This document shows positions 56,326 through 64,000 of a DNA stretch of 64,000 nucleotides, one piece after another. The translations under genes were made by a program, and so were the position numbers. How positions within the stretch are numbered: the stretch's first letter is position 1; every line of letters starts with the position of its first letter. Location of the stretch: IMG/VR virus record IMGVR_UViG_2765235989_000002, positions 1-64,000 of that record. One strand, given 5' to 3'. The notes under the pieces are model-generated. The model saw only the letters and a program-made list of their open reading frames with translations. It had not been told where the DNA came from and ran no database searches. The stretch comes from a virus. Lineage: Duplodnaviria > Caudoviricetes.

Positions 56326-58167
56326 TCAGGCCGCGAGCGCGGTGTCGGAGGGGGTGACGCCTCGGTCGGCGTAGAACTTCAGTTCGGCCGTCTTCGTCTC
56401 GTCGGAGTCGACGACGGCCTGGTACAGGGGGGCGTAGCGGGTCTGGACGTTGGACAGGACGGCCTTCGCGAAGTCGTGGGCCTTGCCGGCGCGTTTGTGG
56501 ACTTCGTTCGCCTCGTCGGCCTGGGCCTTCGCCAGGTCGGCCAGCTTCTGGAGTTGACCGACGACTTTCTCTCCGCCCTTGACTCCCTTGGCTTCCTCTG
56601 CGAGCTTCTGGCAGTCGCCGGCCTGCTCGCGTGCTTCGGCGGCCAGGATCTTGGTCGCATCGGCGATCCTGGACAGGCCGTCGATGCGAGCCTCCAGTCG
56701 GCCTTCGTAGTCTTTGAAGCGGCGAAGCTCTCCCCGGGTCACGGACGGCTTCAGGAAGCCCTCCCCCAGGGTGATCTTCTTTGCGTCGATGCCCTGCGCC
56801 TGGATCGGCGTCGCCTGCGACATGAACGGGTCCTCCATCGGTTCGTCGTCGTCTTCGATCTGGACCGCCTGGCCCTGGGTGATGCCCTGGAGGTCGGCCT
56901 TGCGCGATGCGTGTGCCTTGTCGAGGCGGTCTTTGTCCCGGTCGGCGGCCTCGCTGGTGTCGCCCCAGCCGTCCTTGACGCCGTCCTTGTATGCCTTGAC
57001 GTGGGCGACCGCCCGGGCGGCGCGTGTCCCGTCGCGGTATCCGGCCTCGCGGGACTCGCGGGTGGAGAACGGCTTCCCCTTCTCCGCGTGCTCTCCGGGC
57101 GGCGGGGTTTTCCCGGTCGGGTCCGTCTTGCCGGTCTCGCTGTCCTTGCTGCTGCCGGACGGGCCCGTGCTCTTCCCTCCAGGGCCTGCGGCGCCGGCCT
57201 TGCCGGGCGTACCGTCTGCCCCCGGGCCGCCCTTCGCGCCGGGGGCCTTGCCGGACGGGCCGTCAGACGGCTTCCCACCCTCGCCGGTGCCGCCCTTCGA
57301 GAGGGGCCCGTTGCTGCTCTTGCCATCCGCGGTCGAGCCGGAACCGGATCCCTTGCCGCCCGTCCCGGAGCCGTCCTTGCCGGCGGCACCGGCCGGGCCT
57401 GCGGCACCGTTCTTCCCGCCCCCTGAACCGCCGCTGGACGGGCCGCTCGCCCCGGCCTTGCCGTCGTGCCCCTTGGACAGCTTCGGGGAGCCCCCATCGC
57501 CGCCATTCTTCGGATTCTTTGGACGCGGAGATCCGTTGCTGTTTCCGCTGCTGGATCCGCCTCCTCCAGACCCACGGCCGCTACCGCCCCCCGCTCCTGA
57601 TGCTCCGTTGGCACCGGAATACCCAGAGGAGCCCTTCTGCGGGCTCCCGTTGGACTTTCGCGTGTCTTTTACCGGACCGGGCCCTGTGCTCTTGTTGCCC
57701 AGTGATTTCCCTCCCGGACCGTTCGCGGCTGACGCCTTTCCAGGGATTCCACCGGAGCGGTTGACTGTGACTTGCCGGGTCTCTTTCACCTGCCGTGCCT
57801 GGGCTTTCGTTTTGGCCAGGTCGAGGCGCTTGTTCTGGGCGCCTCCGCCTTTCCCCCATCGGGCCGCACCGGCCAGCAGCCACGCCCGCCAAATCCCTTT
57901 CTTCTCGATGGTCCGCCCGGCCGTTCCGTCTTTTGTGGCTGTTTCGTTGTCGCCGTGGTAGGCGGCGCTGGAGGCGTCGGAGGTGCTCGGCGCGGGACCG
58001 CCTGCGGTTGCCTCGCTGGCGGTGGGGGCGGCCAGGTCGAAGGCGGGCCGGGCCGGATCGACGGGGGCGAGCATGGAGGCCAGCAGCCCGGACTGCGGGC
58101 TGCTGGACGCGCCGGCTGGCGGGTCGTCCGGGCCGGGAACAGCTGCGGGGACCGTGTCGGTCGCCAT
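56326..58167 (-). CDS. Gly/Ser/Lys-rich transfer-region protein with a C-terminal helical domain
   Basis: AAGGAG RBS; long low-complexity linker. Confidence 0.7.
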   Translation of the reverse strand: MATDTVPAAVPGPDDPPAGASSSPQSGLLASMLAPVDPARPAFDLAAPTASEATAGGPAPSTSDASSAAYHGDNETATKDGTAGRTIEKKGIWRAWLLAGAARWGKGGGAQNKRLDLAKTKAQARQVKETRQVTVNRSGGIPGKASAANGPGGKSLGNKSTGPGPVKDTRKSNGSPQKGSSGYSGANGASGAGGGSGRGSGGGGSSSGNSNGSPRPKNPKNGGDGGSPKLSKGHDGKAGASGPSSGGSGGGKNGAAGPAGAAGKDGSGTGGKGSGSGSTADGKSSNGPLSKGGTGEGGKPSDGPSGKAPGAKGGPGADGTPGKAGAAGPGGKSTGPSGSSKDSETGKTDPTGKTPPPGEHAEKGKPFSTRESREAGYRDGTRAARAVAHVKAYKDGVKDGWGDTSEAADRDKDRLDKAHASRKADLQGITQGQAVQIEDDDEPMEDPFMSQATPIQAQGIDAKKITLGEGFLKPSVTRGELRRFKDYEGRLEARIDGLSRIADATKILAAEAREQAGDCQKLAEEAKGVKGGEKVVGQLQKLADLAKAQADEANEVHKRAGKAHDFAKAVLSNVQTRYAPLYQAVVDSDETKTAELKFYADRGVTPSDTALAA

Positions 58168-58186
58168 CAACACTCCTTCACTGTGG

Positions 58187-58292
58187 GTAGTCACTTACTA
58201 CTCACCGCCCAGCCCGAAATCCCGGTTCAGGAGCTCTTGGGGGTAGCGCCTGGGTGGGTTCTCGAGCTGGAAGGTGAGTGGTGAGTGACTAC
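58187..58292. repeat. Long imperfect inverted repeat (about 106-nt hairpin)
   Basis: GTAGTCACTTACTACTCACC / GGTGAGTGGTGAGTGACTAC plus inner pairing. Confidence 0.7.
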
Positions 58293-58897
58293 GCGGGGTT
58301 ACTGCGGGTGGCCTTCTTCGCGGCGACGACGAGGCCGGCCGCGAGGACCGCGCCGCCGAGCAGGAGACCGTTGTTGATGCCTCCGCTGTCACCGCTGGCG
58401 GCGGTCTGGGTGGTGGAGCCTGCGGCCTGCATGTCGCTGCTGTCGGTGGTGCCGTACTGGGTCTGGCAGTCGTCGACGACGCTCCGGTAGGTGACGCCCG
58501 GCTGGCTGTTGACCAGGGGCTTGTTGGCTTTCACACAGGCGTCGATCTGCTGCTGGCGGGTGTTGTCGGCGGCGTGCCGGGCTTTCTGGCTGGCCGCGTT
58601 GACGCGGTTCATTTCCTTCAGTTCTTCCAGCCGCAATTCCTGCTGCTTGAGGGCGATTTCCTGCGCCTTCGCTTCGCTGGCGGCCTGCTGGGTGGTGTAG
58701 TGCTGCCAGCCGATGAGCCCGCCTCCGGCCAGAACGGTGACGCCGATAGCGAGGGCGGCCTTTCCACGCTTGGTGAGGCCCGGGTTTATCGGCTGGGCGG
58801 GTGCCCCGTACGGGTAGGGGTCGATGGTTTCGGTGTGTTCCGAAGGGAATTCACGCGACACCATTCGGTTGAATTCTTCGTCGTCGTAGGGGGACAT
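58289..58897 (-). CDS. Spd-like membrane protein (two TM helices, coiled coil, Cys pair)
   Basis: GLTKRGKAALAIGVTVLAGGGL; C-terminal TM. Confidence 0.7.
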   Translation of the reverse strand: MSPYDDEEFNRMVSREFPSEHTETIDPYPYGAPAQPINPGLTKRGKAALAIGVTVLAGGGLIGWQHYTTQQAASEAKAQEIALKQQELRLEELKEMNRVNAASQKARHAADNTRQQQIDACVKANKPLVNSQPGVTYRSVVDDCQTQYGTTDSSDMQAAGSTTQTAASGDSGGINNGLLLGGAVLAAGLVVAAKKATRSNPA

Positions 58898-58900
58898 TGG

Positions 58901-59461
58901 TCATTCTCCGTTCTGGTGTGCTTTTCGGGCGGCGGTGGTGAGGAAGGCCCGCACGTTAGAGAACTGCTGGTCGGGGAGGTCGTTCCAGACGTAGAACGGC
59001 AGGGTGACGCCGTGCTCGGCGAGGGTGTCCTGCATGTAGCGGACGGCCCGGTCGCGGCTGTCCGGGGTGACGTTTCCGGTCGCTTCGAGGAGGCTCTGGG
59101 CGCCGCGGATGCACATGCGGCCGGTGGGTGAGAAGTCGGAGAGCTTGCACCAGCCGTAGTGGTTGAGGACGGCGATGGTCTGCTCGAGGTGCGCGGACGG
59201 CACGCGGGGTACCGGTTCCTGCCACCAGCCGAGGCCGGCCATGAGGGTGCGGAGGGAGCGGGGCAGGAGGCGGTGGCTGCGTGGGGGCATGTCGGGGACC
59301 GGCGCCACGGCCGGGCCAGGGGCTACGGCCGTGGGCCGCACCGGCTGGGGCCGTACGGGGTGGGGGCGTCCGAGGATCCGGGACGCTGACGGCGTCCCGG
59401 TCTCGACGATCTGGTTCTGGGCCACGTGTTGGTCTCCTTCTTGGTCTCGCCGGTCGGTCAC
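58901..59461 (-). CDS. DUF6197-like protein
   Basis: LNHYGWC...GRMCIRGA...WND...V..FL..AA; true start possibly the GTG near 59425. Confidence 0.65.
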   Translation of the reverse strand: MTDRRDQEGDQHVAQNQIVETGTPSASRILGRPHPVRPQPVRPTAVAPGPAVAPVPDMPPRSHRLLPRSLRTLMAGLGWWQEPVPRVPSAHLEQTIAVLNHYGWCKLSDFSPTGRMCIRGAQSLLEATGNVTPDSRDRAVRYMQDTLAEHGVTLPFYVWNDLPDQQFSNVRAFLTTAARKAHQNGE

Positions 59462-60064
59462 CGGGGGGTCTCGGTCTCTTGCTGCTCACGCGGTCTCGGT
59501 GGTCTTGAGGTCTCCCGCCGCCTCGGAGACCGTGGTCTCGGTCTCTCCGCTTCCGGTGGTCTCTGCGAGGTACAGGTCTCGTGCTGTCTTCAGCCGTTTG
59601 GCGGCCGTGGACTTGGGGCGGCCGGTGGTCTCGATGGCGTCGTCGAGAGAGACCTTCATGTGGCCGTTGCGAGACCTCATGAGGGAGACCAGTGCGCGGG
59701 TCTCGGTCTCGCGGTCTCCGATGGCGGAGACCGAGGTGGTCTCTCGGGGGAGACTTGTGCGCGAGACCTTTGAGCGGGTCTCGGTCTCGCTGGTCTCTGC
59801 CGGGTTGGTGGTCCCGGGAGACCGGTCTCCGGTCTCGGTCTCCGTGTTGGTTCCTCGGTCTCCCTGGTCTCGGGAGACCACGGTCTCGGTGGTCTCGATG
59901 GTCTCCGCGCGCCGGGCGGGGCTGGTCTCGGTTCCGGTGCGGGGGGTCTCTGCTCGCTGAGGTGAGACCGTTCCCCTGGTCTCCTTCTGCGGAGAGACCG
60001 CCGGGGTGGAGATCTGCCGGGTCGCGAGACTGGTCTCCGTGTCTTCGGGCTTGGTGGGGAGACC
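59399..60064. repeat. Dense array of about 42 GGTCTC/GAGACC hexamers in both orientations
   Basis: Counted by hand; spans the 3' part of 59486-61114 and continues past its stop codon. Confidence 0.85.
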
Positions 60065-61114
60065 CCAGGGGTTGCTGTGGTCGAGGCGGGCGAGGGTCGG
60101 GGCGTGGGCTGAGACGGCTAGGTCGTCGAGGAGGGCGGTCTTCTGTGCGGGGTCGTGGGCGACGTTGGCGGCCCGGAGGGCGGCGCGGAGCTGGCGGCGG
60201 ATCCAGCGGCCGCGCCATCCGCCCTTCCTCTTGTCGCTGAGGGCGTCGTACCGGTCGGTGAGGTTGGCGGCCTTGACGCGGGCGCGCTGACGGAGGAGTT
60301 CGGTGGTCGTGGTGTCGGTGTCGGCGACCCCGAACGTGGCGAGGATCTTCTGGCTGAGGCGGCGGCCGAGGCGGGCGAGGACGCTCATGCTGCGGGCGGT
60401 GGCGTCGGCGGCGCGGATCTCGAGGCCCATGGCGAGGTGCCACAGGAGTGCGGCGCCGATGGGGCCGAACACGGCGCGCCAGGCGCCGGCGGTGAGGCCC
60501 TGCCAGAATCCTTCGGCTGTGGCGGCGCCTTCGGCGAAGGCGGGGACGGCGAGGAATCCGGTGATGATCCAGACGAGGAGGCCGGGCATGCCGGGTGCGT
60601 TGTCGCGCTTGAGGTTGTCGCGGGCGGCGAGGCCGAGGGCGATGAGGACGATTTCGCCGGTGCCGCAGAGGGCGATGCGGGTGAAGGTGTCGGTGATGTT
60701 GAGGTGGGTGTGGGTGAAGCCCCAGGCGGTGTTGATGCCGACGCCGGTGCAGACGAGGGCGCCGATGGTGACGGCGGCCTGTCCGGCGGACGGGGACTCG
60801 GCGTCGGAGTTCTTGGTCTTGGTGATCGCGTTCCGGGTGGCGCTGATGAGGGCGGCGGCCAGGAGGACGAGGGCGGCGGCCGCGGCGGTGCAGAGGGCGA
60901 TGCGGCGGCCGGTCTGGTCGAGGGTGAGCAGGCGGAGGGGGCCGCCGACGCCGGCGTACAGGCCGGTGGCGACGGTGAGCGTGGCCAGGGCGACGAGGGT
61001 CTTCGGGGTGCGGTGGGTGCTGGGGGGTGTGGGTGCCCCGGCGGTGGGCAGGGGCTGCCAGTCCCCGAGGACGGGGGTGTTGGACGGCTGCTGGCCGACC
61101 GGGACGGTGGTCAC
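59486..61114 (-). CDS. SpdB2-like multi-pass membrane spread protein
   Basis: About 6 TM helices, RAVFGPIGAALLWHLAMGLEIR, repetitive C-terminus. Confidence 0.7.
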   Translation of the reverse strand: MTTVPVGQQPSNTPVLGDWQPLPTAGAPTPPSTHRTPKTLVALATLTVATGLYAGVGGPLRLLTLDQTGRRIALCTAAAAALVLLAAALISATRNAITKTKNSDAESPSAGQAAVTIGALVCTGVGINTAWGFTHTHLNITDTFTRIALCGTGEIVLIALGLAARDNLKRDNAPGMPGLLVWIITGFLAVPAFAEGAATAEGFWQGLTAGAWRAVFGPIGAALLWHLAMGLEIRAADATARSMSVLARLGRRLSQKILATFGVADTDTTTTELLRQRARVKAANLTDRYDALSDKRKGGWRGRWIRRQLRAALRAANVAHDPAQKTALLDDLAVSAHAPTLARLDHSNPWGLPTKPEDTETSLATRQISTPAVSPQKETRGTVSPQRAETPRTGTETSPARRAETIETTETVVSRDQGDRGTNTETETGDRSPGTTNPAETSETETRSKVSRTSLPRETTSVSAIGDRETETRALVSLMRSRNGHMKVSLDDAIETTGRPKSTAAKRLKTARDLYLAETTGSGETETTVSEAAGDLKTTETA

Positions 61115-61234
61115 GGAGATCGGTGTCCTTTCGCGGGTGGTTGGGCGGGGCTGAGGTTCGGTGGTCCGGTTGGTCCGGTCCTCTCTGACGTCACCAGCCC
61201 GGTGGTGCGGCTGGTGGCGACAGGGCGGGCCGGG

Positions 61235-61447
61235 TCAGCGGCGGAGGCCCGGGACGCGGGCGGTGATGCGGTCGGTCAGGGTCGGGCCGTCGAGCTGGGT
61301 GTCGAACGCGTTGGCCAGGTCGCGGGCGTCGGCCAGGTCCTGGGTCATGACGGGGTCGCCGCCGCGGCGGTCGGCCTTGGCCTTGTCGTCGGCGACGATG
61401 CCGACCCACTCGCCCATTGCGCGGCGGGCGTTCTCCTTCTTGGGCAC
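61235..61447 (-). CDS. Small hypothetical protein
   Basis: AAGGAG RBS. Confidence 0.6.
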   Translation of the reverse strand: MPKKENARRAMGEWVGIVADDKAKADRRGGDPVMTQDLADARDLANAFDTQLDGPTLTDRITARVPGLRR

Positions 61448-61463
61448 GGTGTTCTCCTTCTGG

Positions 61464-61613
61464 TCAGCGGGTGAGGACGGGCTTGGTGATGTCGCGGTGG
61501 TGGACGGTTACGGTGACGCCGCGGCGGCAAAGCTGTCGGGCGAGCTGGTTGGCTGCTACGGCGCTCCTGTGCCGACCTCCGCCGCAGCCGAAGGCGATGG
61601 TGGCCGCGGGCAT
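61464..61613 (-). CDS. RapZ C-terminal-domain-like fragment (49 aa)
   Basis: IAFGCGGGRHRSA...VTVHHRD. Confidence 0.6.
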   Translation of the reverse strand: MPAATIAFGCGGGRHRSAVAANQLARQLCRRGVTVTVHHRDITKPVLTR

Positions 61614-61771
61614 CAGGCGGCGTCCTTGAGGTGGAGGTTGGTCCAGGTGTCGAAGTCGACGCCCGGCCACTCCTCCACGGGGATGTCGGCGTGCTCCTGG
61701 TCGAAGTGCTGGCGGCCCTGTTCGGTGGTCCAGTGCCAGTGGCTGGTGTCGGTGACGGTCTGGGTGGCCAT
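61613..61771 (-). CDS. Small hypothetical protein (MATQTVTDTSHWHW...)
   Basis: AAGGAG RBS; TGATG coupling; hand translation. Confidence 0.55.
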   Translation of the reverse strand: MATQTVTDTSHWHWTTEQGRQHFDQEHADIPVEEWPGVDFDTWTNLHLKDAA

Positions 61772-61965
61772 GGGGTGCGTGCTCCTTCCGGGGCTGTTCG
61801 GGGCGGGTGGTCTGGTCGTGCTCGGGGCTCAGTCGCCGTAGTTCTCGGGGAGTCCGTGGCGTCGGAGCCACTCGCCCCGCCTCGTAGCGAGGCCAGCGCC
61901 GGGTGGGGGTGGCGGTGTCCGGCCGTCTGTCGGCTCGGCGGCCGGACACCGCGCGGGGAGGGTGG

Positions 61966-62118
61966 TCAGGGGCGGGGCTTCTTGGCGTTCTGCAATGCCT
62001 GCTGGTTCGCGGCGGCCTGGCGGGCACCGCTGCCGGACTGGTAGTCGCGCTGGCAGGCGTCGTGCGTGGCGGGGGTGCTGGTGATCGGGTTCGGGCGGGG
62101 CTTCCTGTCGTCGGGCAT
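61966..62118 (-). CDS. Small hypothetical protein (MPDDRKPRPNP...)
   Basis: Hand translation, 50 aa. Confidence 0.45.
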   Translation of the reverse strand: MPDDRKPRPNPITSTPATHDACQRDYQSGSGARQAAANQQALQNAKKPRP

Positions 62119-62122
62119 GTGG

Positions 62123-62521
62123 TCAGGTGTCCTGGTCGATGAGGCCGATGGCGTCGGCGAGGGGCTGGCGGTTGAGGTAGCTGGTTTCGTGGCCGTGCTG
62201 CTCGCCGAGGTGGCGGACGGTCTTCTGTAGGGCGAGGGGCAGGCTGCGGAGTGCCGGGTTGGTGTCCGGGTCGGTCAGGCGCTGCACGAGGAGTGCGATG
62301 CCGGTGAGGATGTCGAGGCCGTCGTCGTCGGCGAGGACGTGGAGGACGGTTTGGGTCTGGTCGGTGGTGAGCCGGTCGAGGGCGAGGAGGTGCAGGCCCT
62401 GCCGGATGAGGTCGATTCCGGCGTGGACTCCGGCGGTGTCGTCGAGGAGGCCGGCGAGTTCGTCGTCGAGCGGGGGGACGGCGTTCGCGGGGGTGTGGAC
62501 GGGGCCCATGGGGTCGCGCAT
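62123..62521 (-). CDS. Hypothetical protein
   Basis: TGATG coupling. Confidence 0.6.
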   Translation of the reverse strand: MRDPMGPVHTPANAVPPLDDELAGLLDDTAGVHAGIDLIRQGLHLLALDRLTTDQTQTVLHVLADDDGLDILTGIALLVQRLTDPDTNPALRSLPLALQKTVRHLGEQHGHETSYLNRQPLADAIGLIDQDT

Positions 62522-62961
62522 CACAGGTCGCCGTCCCATTCGCCGGTGACGAGCTGCTCGTAGGCGGCGGCCGCGGCTTCGGGGTGTTCGGCGGAGAACA
62601 CGTCGTTGAGGTACGAGTTGGGGTCGATCGCGGCGAAGTGGTCCTCGAGGTCGGCGACCAGTTCCGGGTCCAGTTCGCTGTCGACGGGTACGTCGGGGAT
62701 GTCGAGTTCCGGGGCAGTCCCCTCGGTCCCGTTGGTGAGCGTGTACGGGATCAGGGGGTTGGCCTGCCGGTAGTCGGCGATGACCTCGGTCGCGTCGGTC
62801 AGGGACTTCACCGCGTCGGCGGGGAGCGGCGCCTCGCCGATGTACTCGCCGGCCGCGTTGCGGAGCGTGATCCGGACGGCGTTCTCCGTGCTGTCGGCCG
62901 GGGTCAGGCGCTGAAGCTGAGCGAGGTAGCTGAGGGCGTGCAGGTCGTTGGCGTCCATCAC
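62521..62961 (-). CDS. Acidic hypothetical protein
   Basis: Coupled ORF. Confidence 0.6.
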   Translation of the reverse strand: MMDANDLHALSYLAQLQRLTPADSTENAVRITLRNAAGEYIGEAPLPADAVKSLTDATEVIADYRQANPLIPYTLTNGTEGTAPELDIPDVPVDSELDPELVADLEDHFAAIDPNSYLNDVFSAEHPEAAAAAYEQLVTGEWDGDL

Positions 62962-63110
62962 GCACCGTCCTGCGAAGCCGTACGGCGGGTCGTGTCGGGG
63001 GCCTTGGCCAGCTTGTCCAGCCGACGCCGGGTCTGGCTCAGCTGGCCCACGATCAGGCCGACGAACGCGTAGACGATCGCGGCGGTCGCGATAGCGCTCA
63101 GGATCTCCAT
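62958..63110 (-). CDS. Small membrane protein (MEILSAIATAAIVYAFVGLIV...)
   Basis: Hand translation; TGATG coupling. Confidence 0.55.
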   Translation of the reverse strand: MEILSAIATAAIVYAFVGLIVGQLSQTRRRLDKLAKAPDTTRRTASQDGA

Positions 63111-63394
63111 CACGCCGCCACCGCCTTCAGGACGCGGTCGCTGCCGGTCCAGACGGTGCCGATGGTGGACACGGTGCCGGTGATGTGGTCGTGGACGGTG
63201 ACCGCGAACTGGGCCGCGCGCCGCTTCAGGATGCGGCGGGCCTCGGACGGGTCGGTGATGACGTCGAGGACGGTGAAGATGCCGTCCTGGTTGTCGTAGA
63301 GGACACCGGGCCGACGCGGCCCGATCTGCTCGGCCACCACCCGGCGCAGCGCCTCGTCAGTCTGCTGGGCGAATTTTTCTGTACGATCCCTCAT
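63110..63394 (-). CDS. Hypothetical protein, first gene of the transfer operon
   Basis: AGGAGG RBS. Confidence 0.65.
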   Translation of the reverse strand: MRDRTEKFAQQTDEALRRVVAEQIGPRRPGVLYDNQDGIFTVLDVITDPSEARRILKRRAAQFAVTVHDHITGTVSTIGTVWTGSDRVLKAVAA

Positions 63395-63544
63395 GGATCA
63401 GCCTCCTGTATGCGCAGGTGGGACGATTCGCCGGGTCCTTCGGGGCCCCTGAGAGGCCTAGGTGTATGCGCACCTGGGCCTTTCGGCGGTTCTGGGGCTT
63501 CCGCCGTTCCCGACCACTTCAATGTAGACCACTCGCGGCACGAT

Positions 63545-63565
63545 GCGCTAGTAGTAGCGCTACAT
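63545..63565. promoter_or_regulatory. Overlapping palindromes (GCGCTA-N4-TAGCGC, GTAGCGCTAC), candidate GntR operator
   Basis: Located in the divergent tra/gntR promoter region. Confidence 0.4.
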
Positions 63566-63644
63566 GTTTCGTTGGACTAACCTCAAGAGGGAACCGCTGC
63601 ACACAACGGAGTGAGCAGTGCACAACAGAGAGAGGAGGCAGGCC

Positions 63645-64000
63645 ATGCCCGAGACCCCTGGGTACGCGGAGATCGCCGCGCACTTTCGGCGGCAGATTCA
63701 GGACGGAACGCTCCGGCCCGGCGACACGATCCCGAGTTACAAGGAAGCCAGCGCCCAATTCGGCGTTGCGCATACGACCGTGAACCGCGCATACCGGGTA
63801 CTCAAGATGGAGGGACTGACCCTCACCAAGCCAGGTGTCGGGACGGTCGTGGCCGCACCGGCCAGCAACAACATCGGAACACGAGTAGCCCTGCATGCCG
63901 CTACAGGTAGCGCTCTTGACCGTGGCGAGTCGTCACGGATCCTCGAGGTGGGCACCGTCGGTGCCGACGCACTCGTCGCTCCCCGGCTCGACGTCGCTCC
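63645..64000 (+). CDS. GntR family regulator (TraR/KorSA-like), partial
   Basis: YAEIAAHFRRQIQDGTLRPGDTIPS...FGVAHTTVNRAYRVLKMEGL...PGVGTVV. Confidence 0.9.
   Translation, partial: MPETPGYAEIAAHFRRQIQDGTLRPGDTIPSYKEASAQFGVAHTTVNRAYRVLKMEGLTLTKPGVGTVVAAPASNNIGTRVALHAATGSALDRGESSRILEVGTVGADALVAPRLDVA

Larger units (their letters stand above)
1..64000. mobile_element. Conjugative phage-plasmid (siphophage + ParABS/Rep replicon + TraB transfer module); both ends lie outside the window
   Basis: Terminase/portal/capsid/tail/lysis genes, parA-parB-rep and TraB/GntR are co-linear; no chromosomal housekeeping genes are present. Confidence 0.85.

Noticed and set aside
57100-57700. Low-complexity repeats
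   Set aside because: Gly/Ser/Lys protein linker, with no fixed DNA motif
59399-60064. GGTCTC array as a CRISPR array or Golden Gate cloning scar
   Set aside because: Repeats are 6 bp, irregularly spaced, with no spacers or cas genes, and lie within a natural open frame
1-64000. tRNA, rRNA, CRISPR arrays, IS elements, reverse transcriptase
   Set aside because: None recognised by eye; tRNAscan-SE, Infernal and ISEScan would be needed to exclude them

Overview
High-GC actinobacterial DNA, most likely from Streptomyces (inferred from GC content, WhiB-like genes and a TraB-type transfer module). The whole window appears to be one large mobile element with three module types. (1) A plasmid replicon: parA/parB with three copies of the palindrome GTTTTACGGCCGTAAAAC, an HTH Rep protein coupled to a DUF721/DciA-like gene, and a Cre-like tyrosine recombinase with a lox/dif-like site. 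(2) An apparently complete siphophage, with early genes (two WhiB-like, RusA, DUF5131, C5 methyltransferase, Sak/Rad52-like, WYL) and a late operon running from terminase through head, tail and tape measure to lysis. (3) A Streptomyces conjugation module (TraB FtsK/SpoIIIE translocase, Spd-like membrane proteins, divergent GntR regulator). This is the layout of a conjugative phage-plasmid. Signals absent from the ORF track: about 42 GGTCTC/GAGACC hexamers in about 670 bp; three CGCCAA-loop hairpins upstream of rep; a 28-aa hydrophobic ORF with type I toxin-like architecture between terL and portal; twin early promoters; two conserved late-gene leader motifs; and two single-base frameshifts. 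All calls come from reading sequence and motifs by eye; no searches were run, and start codons were adjusted by hand.
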